Below, piece by piece: positions 53,140-62,981 of a DNA stretch of 64,000 nt; the first letter of the stretch is position 1; each line of letters starts with the position of its first letter. Origin of the DNA: Sphingobacteriales bacterium (GTDB taxonomy: Bacteria > Bacteroidota > Bacteroidia > NS11-12g > UBA9320). The notes below the pieces were generated by a model that was not told the origin of the DNA, did not search any database, and saw only the letters and a program-made list of their open reading frames with translations. The stretch is taken from NCBI GenBank assembly GCA_043511425.1, contig CP121331.1:1450992-1514991 (forward strand), written 5' to 3'. A program made the position numbers and the translations under genes.

Positions 53140-56100
53140 ATGGTTAAAAAAATACTAAATCTTATCCTATTTCTAGGACTGTCGTTTTTATCCGTTGCGC
53201 AAACCACCACCGTCACCGGAACAGTAAAAGACACTACTGATCAGCCAGTTATAGGAGCTGCTGTAGTTGTAAAAGGTACAAACAACGGTAAAATTACTAA
53301 TGAAAACGGAGCTTTTTCGTTAAACATACAAGATCCAAAAACAGCCATACTACAAGTCACCTATTCCGGTTATAAAACAAACGAGGTGGCCGTAAATGGA
53401 GGTGAAAATATCGAAATTATACTTCGAGAAAACTCACTTGGCCTATCTGAAGTTATGGTAGTAGGTTATGGTACCTCTACTAAAAAAGAATTTACGGGGG
53501 CAAACTCAAAAGTAGATGGAGAAGATTTACAAAAATTAAATATTCCACGATTTGACCAAGCACTTCAGGGTCAAGTATCCGGTGTAAACATAAGCACCAA
53601 TTCCGGATCTCCTGGCGGAGGTGCTAGTATACGAATTCGAGGTTTATCAACTTTTGGAGATAATGACCCACTGATATTAGTGGACGGTGTTGTTTTTGAC
53701 GCAGATGGTCTAAATTCATTGAATCCGGACGACATTGCCTCTGTAAACGTATTAAAAGATGCTACAGCAGGTATATATGGAGTACGAGCTGCCAACGGGG
53801 TAATCTTAATAGAAACTAAGAAAGGTAAAAGAAATTCAAAGCCTTCTATTTCCATATCTAGCTATTTCGGGGTTCAAAGTACCTCAAGAAAACTTGACCT
53901 TCTAAACGCAACAGAATATGCAACCCTAAAAAATGAAATGTTTGCTAATGGCGGTGATGACGTACCCTTTAGTAATGTAAATCTTGGTGAAGGAACAGAT
54001 TGGCAAGCGGAGGTTTTTCAAAATGCACCTATACAAAGTCACAACATAACCATAAGTGGAGGAAGTGAAAAAACAACATACTCAATTGGAGGTAGTTACT
54101 TCACATAAGATGGTATTGTAGGTTTAGATAAGTCAAACTTTACTAGAATGAATGCGAGGGTGAATTTAAGCACACAGATGAGTGATAAATTAAGACTTAC
54201 GAGTGTTTTCTTGTACACCAAAGAACAACGCTCTACTTTGAGAGAAAATCAGATCGGTTCTGTTTTGTACAACACCGTAAATGCTTTTCCAACAGATTCT
54301 GTGAGAACCAGTGATGGACGGTACTCCTATTTAGAAGAAGTCTCCGACATTATTAATCCAATAGCCCAAATGGAAAATACCTTTAATGAAGCAAACGTAA
54401 ATAAGTTTGTAGGTAAAGAGGAACTGGCCTACGATATCACGGATAATTTAACGTTTACCAATAGGCTAAGTTACAATTATGCTATAGTTGACGATAAAGT
54501 TTTCAGCCCATTGGTTTGGTATGGTCCTGGAAAAGCGCCTAACACTGCATTAAATGAGGACTTAGATCCAACATCGGTTGAAATAGCTCCAGGTACATCT
54601 GTTGATCGAGGTGCTAGTGTTTACGAGCAAAGAGCTAGTTACAGTGATTTAAATTTCGAGAGTTTTCTAAACCATGAAGTGAGAATAAAATCACTACATA
54701 GAATAAAAACTACTGCCGGTTTATCCGTTTTTACAAGAAATGGTCAAGCCGTAAATGGTACAGCCTATAACATTCCGAATAATGACCTGGAATTTGCTGA
54801 TATTTCTGCGAATTTAGCTCCTGGAGGTTACCTAAATAATACAGGTTCTTTTCAATTCCAAGAGCGTCTTCTTTCTACTTTTATAAGAGGTGAATACGGA
54901 TATGGTAGCCGTTTTAACGGATCCTTTATTCTGAGAAGAGACGGGTCTTCAAAATTTGGACCTAACAATAGATATGGAATATTCCCAACCGTTTCAGGCT
55001 CTTGGGTAATATCAGAAGAGAAAAATTATGCTATAGACCGTATGAAATTTTTAAAACTGAGAGTTAGTTACGGTATTAGTGGGAATGATCAGATAGATAA
55101 TTTTGCGTACAGAGGTCTTCTGAATGGTGAAGGACATTATGTCTTTGATGACATAATCACTCAAGGTGTTGCCATAGGTAGAGCATCTAATCCCGACTTG
55201 AAATGGGAAACCACTCGCCAGTTTAATATAGGAACGGATTTTACGTTCTTGCACAGTTTTGATGTCACTATGAACTATTTCATCAAAAACACAAGAGATC
55301 TTCTTTTTCAACCTGAGGTATCTGCTGTTCTTGGAACTTATGGTGCAGGAAGCTTCCCTCCTTTCATAAATGCAGGAGATGTTTCTAATAAAGGATTTGA
55401 ATTAGAAGTGTGGGTTACAAAACTAAAAGTAGTAAAATCTGGAATCTATCCACTGGGCTCAATGCCACATTTATAAGAAATAAAGTAATCAAAACCCCTA
55501 AAGGTGTAGATTTTCTACCCGGAGCAAGTTTTGGAGTTGGTGGAGGAACGGCTACTAGATTTCAAGAAGGTTATGCCATTGGCTATTTTATAGGTTATGA
55601 AACAGATGGGATCTTCCAGTCTCAAGAAGAAATTGACAATTCCCCTGTCGTACAAGAAGGGGCTAAACCTGGAGACTTGAGATACAAAGACATCAATAAC
55701 GACGGTAAAATAAGTTTTAGTGATGACTCTGACAAAACACAGATTGGTACGCCAATACCTAAAGTAACCCTAGGGTTCAATGTCAAGGTAGATTATAAAG
55801 GCATCGACTTATCAGGGAACCTATTTGCCTCCTTGGGCCAACAAATAGTCCGAAACTATGAAAGGCAGCAACCATACGCTAATCAACTGGCATACAATAT
55901 CAATAGATGGACGGCAGATAATCCTTCTCAAGAGTACCATAGACTGACCACAGATTTAACTAGGAACACAGTATTCTCTGACTTCTATGTAGAAAACGGA
56001 TCATTCCTGAGGCTCAGAAATCTTCAATTAGGGTATACTTTCAATCCATTACTGTTGAAAAAGGCTAAGATTCAATCAGCAAGAGTTTACATCTCTGCAA

Positions 56101-56240
56101 ATAATCTATTGACTATTACTCAATATCAGGGTTTTGATCCAGACATTGGATCTTCAGGAGGTACTCTAGCTGCAGGAATAGACTACGGATTTTATCCGCA
56201 AGCGAGAACATTAATGACTGGATTATCAATTAAATTTTAA
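53140..56240 (+). pseudogene. susC: SusC/RagA family TonB-dependent outer-membrane receptor, interrupted by an in-frame TAA (54106-54108) and a frameshift near 55411-55414
   Basis: Carboxypeptidase-regulatory-like N-terminus (TVTGTVKDTTDQPVIGAAVVVKGTNNG) and a plug region. The sequence reads GGSYFT*DGIVGLDKSNF in frame. The second break is ..NKGFELEVW|GYKTKSSKIWNLSTGLNATFIRNKV. The C-terminus is ..RTLMTGLSIKF. The joined length is about 1033 aa. Confidence 0.85.
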
Positions 56241-56244
56241 TACG

Positions 56245-57726
56245 ATGCGTAAAATAATAAATAAAACAATCGCAATAGCTTTACTCTGCAGTCTGCCATT
56301 AGCATACGGCTGCAAAGATTTTTTAGATATAGACCCACTCTACACACAAGATTCTGAAAACTTCTTTCAGACTCCAGTTGATTATGACCGAGCATTGATA
56401 GGTGCATATGACCTACTACAAGGCTCTTTTATAAACCTATGGATAGGAGAAATAGCCTCCGATAATGCGCTCGCAGGAGGTGAAGGTGTAACAGATACGG
56501 AAGGGTTGCACCAAATTGAAAACATGTCACATGACGCTGTAAACAATGAATTACGGAACGTATTTAGATGGAATTATGCAGGGGTGACTAGAGCTAACTT
56601 CCTTTTAGAAAATCAAAACAATATAGATTTTGAGGGTAAAGATGTAATCATCGCTGAAGCTAAATTTCTAAGGGCTTACTATTACTTTCAGTTGGTAAAG
56701 TACTTTGGGGATGTGCCACTACTTGTAGATAAACGAATAGGAGCCGAAGAAGTAACTAAAATTGATCGTACGCCAAAAAGTGAAGTATACAATCAGATTG
56801 AGTCTGATTTGAATGCTGCTGCTCAAGTATTGGACTGGACCCGACAGGTAAAAGGGAAAGTCACCAAAGGTGCAGCTCTTAGCCTACTTGGTAAAGTATA
56901 TCTCTATCAAAATAAATTTGACCTGGCTAAAAACACGCTCGACCTTGTTATAAATGAAGGACCCTACGACCTAATCGATAATTTTAATAATTTATTTAAA
57001 GTTTCGAATGAGGGACATAAAGAAGTAGTTTTTGATATCCAGTTTTCTGGAGCAGAAGGCGGGTCATATGATTGTTTTATTTGCCTTGAGGGCAATGCCG
57101 CAGTTGGTTATCACGGAATAAAAAATTACAATGGCCCTGTGTATGGAGATGGGAACAGCTATAACTTACCCACTCAAGACTTATACGATGTTTTCGAAGA
57201 TGATGACATACGAAGAGAGGCTACAATTTTAGATCTTGCAGATTTCATTTCGAAGCAGCCAAAACCTGATGAAATCGATTTTTTCCAAGCGGCAGGTCAC
57301 ACAGGATACTACAATCACAAGTACATTAAACGCAAAGGTGAGATAGGGTTACCTGATAATGATTTGACTAGTCCTTTAAATCTTATCGTGATTCGATTTT
57401 CTGACGTCCTTCTAATGGCGGCAGAAGCACACATGCGTTCAGTAACCAAGAATGAATCTCTTGCCCAAACCTATCTCAATAGGGTAAGAGATAGAGTAAA
57501 AATGCCAGAATTAAACAACGGCGGAGACCAACTCTTAGAAGATATTTGGGCCGAAAGAAGGTTAGAACTTTCAATGGAAGGCCAACGCTTCTTCGACTTA
57601 GTTAGAACAGGCAAAGCTGCCACAGAAATAACTGGATTCCAAACAGGAAAACACGAAGTATTTCCCATACCTCAAGTAGAAATAGACCTTGCAGGGGGGA
57701 ACTGGACACAAAACAACAATTATTAA
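56245..57726 (+). CDS. susD: SusD/RagB family nutrient-binding outer-membrane lipoprotein
   Basis: Lipobox LPLAYGCKDFLD. RAYYYFQLVKYFGDVPL, ERRLELSMEGQRFFDLVR and a position directly after susC. Confidence 0.9.
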   Translation: MRKIINKTIAIALLCSLPLAYGCKDFLDIDPLYTQDSENFFQTPVDYDRALIGAYDLLQGSFINLWIGEIASDNALAGGEGVTDTEGLHQIENMSHDAVNNELRNVFRWNYAGVTRANFLLENQNNIDFEGKDVIIAEAKFLRAYYYFQLVKYFGDVPLLVDKRIGAEEVTKIDRTPKSEVYNQIESDLNAAAQVLDWTRQVKGKVTKGAALSLLGKVYLYQNKFDLAKNTLDLVINEGPYDLIDNFNNLFKVSNEGHKEVVFDIQFSGAEGGSYDCFICLEGNAAVGYHGIKNYNGPVYGDGNSYNLPTQDLYDVFEDDDIRREATILDLADFISKQPKPDEIDFFQAAGHTGYYNHKYIKRKGEIGLPDNDLTSPLNLIVIRFSDVLLMAAEAHMRSVTKNESLAQTYLNRVRDRVKMPELNNGGDQLLEDIWAERRLELSMEGQRFFDLVRTGKAATEITGFQTGKHEVFPIPQVEIDLAGGNWTQNNNY

Positions 57727-57742
57727 TTTTAAATATAACACC

Positions 57743-59095
57743 ATGAAAAAAACAACACTATTACTTCTTTCATTTGCAGTACTACTAGGAATATCTAGTT
57801 GCAAAAAAGAAAACGAACCAACGTTAGGCTCTGCTCCTACTGAAGCAGATGCAGCTTTCACCTATGCTCCTAGTGCTGACAATGTCAATATTATAGAGTA
57901 TACAGCTACAAATGCCGGATTTACTTACAAATGGGATTTAGGGAACAATAGCCAAGCTGAGGGGGCTACCGTTCTAGGTGCTTATCCAACCAAAGGAACG
58001 TATACCGTTACCTTAACAGTATTTAATTCTGGAGGAAGTGCAAGTAGCTCGCAGCAAGTTGAGATTTTGGAAGATGATGCATCTCTTTTAAACAATCCAA
58101 AATATACCCTACTAACTGGAGGGATTTCAGGTCCAGGAAGTAAAACATGGGTAGTAGACTCTACAAGAGCAGCACACCTTGGAGTAGGTCCAGTAGGTGG
58201 TACTTGGTGGGAATGGTGGGATGCAGATCCACTAGCCAAAGCTAATTCTGGACTTTATAGCGATAGATACACTTTCCACCTCAGCGGATTCAAGTTTGAT
58301 CAGGTAACTAATGGATCTATCTTCGTAAAAACAGGTTCTGAAACTCAATTCCCTGGAGCATATCAAAATGCAGATGATTATACCGCCCCTTTTGATGATC
58401 AACTTGGTGAAACTTGGACCCTTTCAGAAGGTGAAGAAGACACTACAATAAAGATATCTGGTAATGCTTTCATTGGTATGTATACAGGTGTTCGTGAGTA
58501 TGAGATTTTCAGCTTGAAAGAAAACGAATTAATCTTAAGATATATCGACGCTGCTGATGCAACTACTGCTTGGTATATTAGACTTGTGCCAGAAGACTAC
58601 CCAGTAGATGGTGGAGGAGGAACAAAAGAAAATACGAGTACCATCACGCTTCCAATAGATTTTGAAAGTGGCCTTGGAGATACCACGCAATGGGAAGCCT
58701 TCGGAGAAAACGTAATTGAAGTAATGGACAATCCATATTCTACGGGCATCAACACTAGCTCAAAAGTGCTTAAGGTTGTTCACGGTAACGAAACTTGGTC
58801 AGGCATAGCCATTACCCTTAAAGACAAACTAGACTTTACAGGAACAACCAAAACACTTACACTAAAAGTATATGCTCCCGTAACTGGTGAGTTTAGAATG
58901 AAGATTGAAGATTTTGGAAACAAAGACAAGTTCATCGAAAAAGATGTAACGGTAACCAAGGCGAACGAATGGGAAGAAATAAGCATTGATTTCAGTGATG
59001 CCGAAGCAGGAGTTTACGATAAATTAGCCATCTTTCCTGGATGGAATGTCATCTCAAGTGAAACCTTCTATATAGACGATATTTCACAAAAATAA
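57743..59095 (+). CDS. PKD-domain surface lipoprotein, probably a surface glycan-binding protein of the susCD cassette
   Basis: Lipobox LLGISSCKKE. PKD-like domain (F.Y........I.Y.ATN.....Y.WDLGN......G......Y...GTYTVTLTVFNSGG). The C-terminal half is beta-rich. The track ORF start at 57689 overlaps susD; the Met at 57743 gives a proper lipoprotein signal. Confidence 0.6.
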   Translation: MKKTTLLLLSFAVLLGISSCKKENEPTLGSAPTEADAAFTYAPSADNVNIIEYTATNAGFTYKWDLGNNSQAEGATVLGAYPTKGTYTVTLTVFNSGGSASSSQQVEILEDDASLLNNPKYTLLTGGISGPGSKTWVVDSTRAAHLGVGPVGGTWWEWWDADPLAKANSGLYSDRYTFHLSGFKFDQVTNGSIFVKTGSETQFPGAYQNADDYTAPFDDQLGETWTLSEGEEDTTIKISGNAFIGMYTGVREYEIFSLKENELILRYIDAADATTAWYIRLVPEDYPVDGGGGTKENTSTITLPIDFESGLGDTTQWEAFGENVIEVMDNPYSTGINTSSKVLKVVHGNETWSGIAITLKDKLDFTGTTKTLTLKVYAPVTGEFRMKIEDFGNKDKFIEKDVTVTKANEWEEISIDFSDAEAGVYDKLAIFPGWNVISSETFYIDDISQK

Positions 59096-59118
59096 TTTTT
59101 CAGTTTTTTTTAATTTTA

Positions 59119-59156
59119 AAATGGAGTATGGAGAAATTCGTACTCCATTTTTTTTG
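59119..59156 (+). terminator. Rho-independent terminator after the susCD cassette
   Basis: 10-bp stem aaatggagta / tactccattt with a 12-nt loop, running into a T-run. Confidence 0.65.
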
Positions 59157-59204
59157 ATACACCGATCAAATCTCGCTATATGGTTGCTACCTTATGAATC
59201 TTGT

Positions 59205-59347
59205 TAGTACTTTAATCCTCTTCTAGAACTAAGGGGTCTAATGAAATCTCAGGGAGTTTAGAACTAGCAGAATATACGAATGGCATCTATATGATAGCGT
59301 TTAGAATAAATGACTCTGTACTACGAAACAGAGTGGTAAAACACTAA
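59205..59347 (+). pseudogene. Remnant of a T9SS C-terminal sorting domain (3' gene fragment, no start, internal TAA)
   Basis: Translates VL*SSSRTKGSNEISGSLELAEYTNGIYMIAFRINDSVLRNRVVKH*. This is near-identical to the last 42 residues of 50349-52832. Confidence 0.75.
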
Positions 59348-59398
59348 CTAAATCAATGTAATGATATGCCCGAGTGATTTAGTTTGCTCGGGCTTTTA
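59221..59398 (+). repeat. Direct repeat copy 2 (partner of 52706-52886), including its own terminator hairpin (59368-59393 plus a T-run)
   Basis: See copy 1. Stem gcccgag / ctcgggc followed by ttttattttt. Confidence 0.85.
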
Positions 59399-59481
59399 TT
59401 TTTACCGAGATTTTAAGATATTCTCTTTGATTAGTATAAATATGCGAACCCGATGAGTCCCATTTTAAGACGAGAATACGA

Positions 59482-60091
59482 CTATTTTGAAGTCAACCTC
59501 GCCACGTACTTTCCCAATACATCCAACTCTATGTTGGCAATATGGCCCACCTGCAAGGTGTGAAAGATAGTATGCTCGTAGGTGTAAGGGATAATGGCTA
59601 CGCCGAATTTACGGTCTGTGAATATGCGTTACCGTTAGGCTCGTTCCGTTGATAGTGATAGAACCTTTGTGTATGATGAGCTTTTCGGGTGCGTGTCCAT
59701 TGATGTCGGCAAAATCTGCATCCAGCTCAAACTCATACTCCCAGCTCCCGTTCTTATCTACTACAGATAGTAGCGTTGCTTTCCCATCTACGTGACCTTG
59801 TACGATATGGCCATCGAGCCTGTCATTCATACGAATGCAGCGTTCAAAATTCACCTTATCTCCTACCTTCAGCTTACCAAGATTGGTAAGTCTTAGCGTC
59901 TCATCTATAGCCGTAACTTTATAGGTATCACCATCTATGGCTACTACAGTAAGGCACACCCCATTGTGGGCTACACTTTGGTCTATTTTTAGCTCGTGGG
60001 TAAACTTACTCTCAAAGGTAAAGGTAATGTTACTTCCTTCCTGCTCTATCTGAGTGAGGGTGGCTATGGTTTCTATTATTCCGCTGAACAT
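59482..60091 (-). pseudogene. ribE: Riboflavin synthase (alpha chain), frameshifted between 59612 and 59628
   Basis: MFSGIIE..., NGVCLTV and DGHIVQGHVD in the track ORF, which ends ..SLTVTHIHRP*. The conserved C-terminus DRKFGVAIIPYTYEHTIFHTLQVGHIANIELDVLGKYVARLTSK* is in the +1 frame. The total span of 610 nt (3n+1) fits a 1-nt insertion. Confidence 0.85.
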
Positions 60092-60139
60092 GGTGTAAGA
60101 TTAAATTTAAGTATAAGCTTAAGTATAGACGTTATTCAG

Positions 60140-60259
60140 TTCTCGATACATTTGCCTAATCGGCAAACACTCGAACTGACAACGCTTCAGAATTCGTTTA
60201 TTTCTTTTAGACTCTTGTCATTTCGAGTGTTTTAAGCTTTGCTTAAAATGTATCGAGAA
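60140..60259. other. 120-nt nested inverted repeat (four-way-junction-like fold) in the sdhB-ribE spacer; candidate structured RNA or miniature palindromic element
   Basis: Outer stem is 60140-60153 ttctcgatacattt with 60246-60259 aaatgtatcgagaa (14/14). Inner stem is 60165-60182 with 60215-60232 (aaacactcgaa c tgacaa / ttgtca t ttcgagtgttt, 17 bp and one mismatch). Side hairpins are gcc-taatc-ggc and taagc-ttt-gctta. The apical loop is 32 nt. Confidence 0.5.
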
Positions 60260-60280
60260 GTGAACAAGAGGAGGTTGACT

Positions 60281-61038
60281 CTACCCGTTTATGGAGCCAC
60301 TCAACAATTCACGATTCATTCTAGCAATATTGCTCAAATCAATTCCTTTAGGACACTCTACTTCGCATGCACCCGTATTGGTACAGTTACCAAAACCTTC
60401 TGCATCCATTTGAGAGCTACCATATTTTGAGCTCTGTCCCTAGCTTCTACCCTACCTTGTGGTAAAAGAGCGTACTGAGATATTTTAGCTCCCGTAAATA
60501 GCATTGCACTACTGTTTTTACACGTAGCCACACATGCACCACAACCGATACAAGCTGCAGCATCCATTGCTAAATCTGCATCGTGCTTTGGTATTGGAGT
60601 AGCATTGGCATCTTGCGTATTCCCACTTGTATTTACAGAGATAAATCCTCCAGATTGTTGGATTCTATCAAATGCACTTCTATCTACTACCAAGTCTTTT
60701 ATAACTGGGAATGCTTTCGCTCTGAATGGCTCGATAAATATCGTATCTCCATCCTTGAAACTACGCATATGCAGCTGGCAAGTAGTAGTCCCTTTTACCG
60801 GACCGTGCGCCTCTCCATTGATAAACATAGAGCAGCTACCACAGATACCTTCTCTACAGTCGTGGTCAAAAGAAACTGGCTCATCTCCACTATTGATAAG
60901 CTGCTCATTGAGCACATCCATCATTTCTAGAAAAGACATGTGCTCGGAGATGTCGGCTACTTTGTAGTCCACCATCTTGCCTTTATCATTAGCTCCCTTC
61001 TGTCTCCAGATTTTTAGTGTTAAGTTCATGTTACTCAT
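60281..61038 (-). pseudogene. sdhB: Succinate dehydrogenase/fumarate reductase iron-sulfur subunit, frameshifted at an A-run (plus-strand ttt at 60409-60411)
   Basis: [11 protein letters not shown] and [11 protein letters not shown] lie in the track ORF. After ..RAQNMVALK the conserved [36 protein letters not shown].. is in another frame. The span of 758 nt (3n+2) fits a 1-nt deletion (AAAA to AAA). Confidence 0.88.
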
Positions 61039-61039
61039 A

Positions 61040-62981
61040 TTACTTGTAGCTTCTTTGTTTCAATTCTATATCCTTAAATTCTAACTGCTCTTTGTGCAGC
61101 ACTGCGTCACTTGGCTTGCCTTTGTATTCCCATGCAGACACATAGGCATAATTGACATCATCCCTTAATGCTTCTCCATCTTGAGGACCACCTTGCTCCA
61201 CAGACTCTTCGCGGAAGTGACCGCCACAGCTCTCATTTCTATCCAATGCATCCTTCGCAAACAACTCCCCTAATTCTAAGAAATCTGCTACTCTACCTGC
61301 TTTTTCAAGCTCTTGGTTTAGTTCATATGCTCCACCAGGAACACTTACATTTTTCCAGAAATCTTCGCGTAATTCTGCTATTTCAGCTATTGCTTCTTTC
61401 AGTCCCTTCTCGTTTCTGCTCATACCACACTTGTTCCACATGATATTCCCCAACTGCTTGTGGTAATAATCTACCGAGCGTGTTCCTTTGTTATTGACTA
61501 ATCCTTCAAGTCTTTCGGTAACTTCTTTTTCAGCTGCTGCAAATTCTGCGGTATCAGTAGATATTTTACCTGTACGAATATCGTTAGAGAGATAATCTCC
61601 GATCGTGTACGGAAGCACAAAATATCCGTCTGCTAATCCTTGCATTAATGCTGATGCTCCTAATCGGTTAGCACCGTGATCAGAGAAGTTAGCCTCTCCT
61701 ATCGCATAACATCCTGGTATTGTAGTCATTAGATTATAATCTACCCATATACCTCCCATAGTGTAGTGTACTGCAGGATAAATCATCATAGGCGTATCAT
61801 ATGGATTTTCTGCTGCAATCTGCTTATACATATCAAACAAGTTTCCATATTTTGCTTTCACAATCTCCTTACCCAGTTCTTTTATCCGAGCTTCAGACGC
61901 ATCGTCTTCTCCTTTGATAGTCGCCTGCTCTTTACCGTAGCGCACTATTGCAGAAGCAAAGTCTAAATAGACTGCTTCACCGGTAGCATTCACGCCATAG
62001 CCTTCGTCACATCTTTCCTTGGCTGCTCTACTCGCTACATCTCGAGGCACTAAGTTACCAAAGGCTGGATACCTGCGTTCGAGGTAATAATCTCTATTTT
62101 CTTCTGCTATAGCTGTAGGCTTTAATTTGCCTGATCGTATAGCTTCTACATCTTCTTTGCGAGCAGGAACCCAAATTCGTCCATCATTTCGAAGTGACTC
62201 AGACATTAGGGTAAGCTTAGACTGGTAATCACCGCTTCTCGGAATACATGTTGGGTGTATCTGCGTGTAGCAAGGATTTGCGAAGTACGCACCACGTCGG
62301 TGAGCCTTCCAAGCTGCAGTTGCATTACTACCCATCGCATTGGTGCTTAGGAAAAATACGTTTCCATATCCTCCTGTACCCAGTACTACTGCATGAGCTG
62401 AATGTCTTTCTATCTCACCAGTCACTAGATTACGAGCAATGATTCCACGAGCTTTACCGTCTACCACTACCACGTCAAGCATTTTCGTGACGGTTAAACA
62501 TTTCGATTTTCCCTCTAGCTATCTGACGGTTCATCGCAGAATAGGCTCCTAAAAGCAACTGCTGACCGGTCTGTCCTTTGGCATAGAATGTTCGAGAAAC
62601 AAGCACTCCTCCAAACGAACGATTATCCAATAACCCACCATAATCACGCGCAAAAGGAACACCTTGAGCTACACATTGGTCAATGATATTGGCAGAAACT
62701 TCTGCTAGTCTGTGTACGTTCGCTTCTCTACTTCTGTAGTCTCCACCTTTTACGGTATCGTAAAACAATCTATAGGTAGAGTCACCATCACCTTGATAGT
62801 TTTTGGCAGCGTTGATACCCCCTTGAGCTGCAATAGAGTGTGCTCTACGCGGAGAGTCTTGATAGCAAAATGCTTTCACATTATACCCTTGCTCTGCGAG
62901 CGTAGCAGCTGCACTACCTCCTGCGAGACCGGTACCTACTACTATTACATCTATATTTCGCTTATTGGCAGGGTTTACCAA
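61040..62981 (-). pseudogene. sdhA: Succinate dehydrogenase/fumarate reductase flavoprotein subunit, frameshifted at an A4 run (plus-strand tttt at 62482-62485)
   Basis: [42 protein letters not shown] and HYTMGG. The upstream ORF ends ..[12 protein letters not shown] and the downstream ORF starts [13 protein letters not shown]. Removing one A gives ..[13 protein letters not shown]... Confidence 0.9.

Noticed and set aside
60092-60280. An FMN (RFN) riboswitch upstream of ribE.
   Set aside because: I could not find the conserved RFN core segments, which are G-rich junction sequences such as ..AGGGCGGGGUG.. and ..ACCGGCGGU... The element is instead a near-symmetric inverted repeat.
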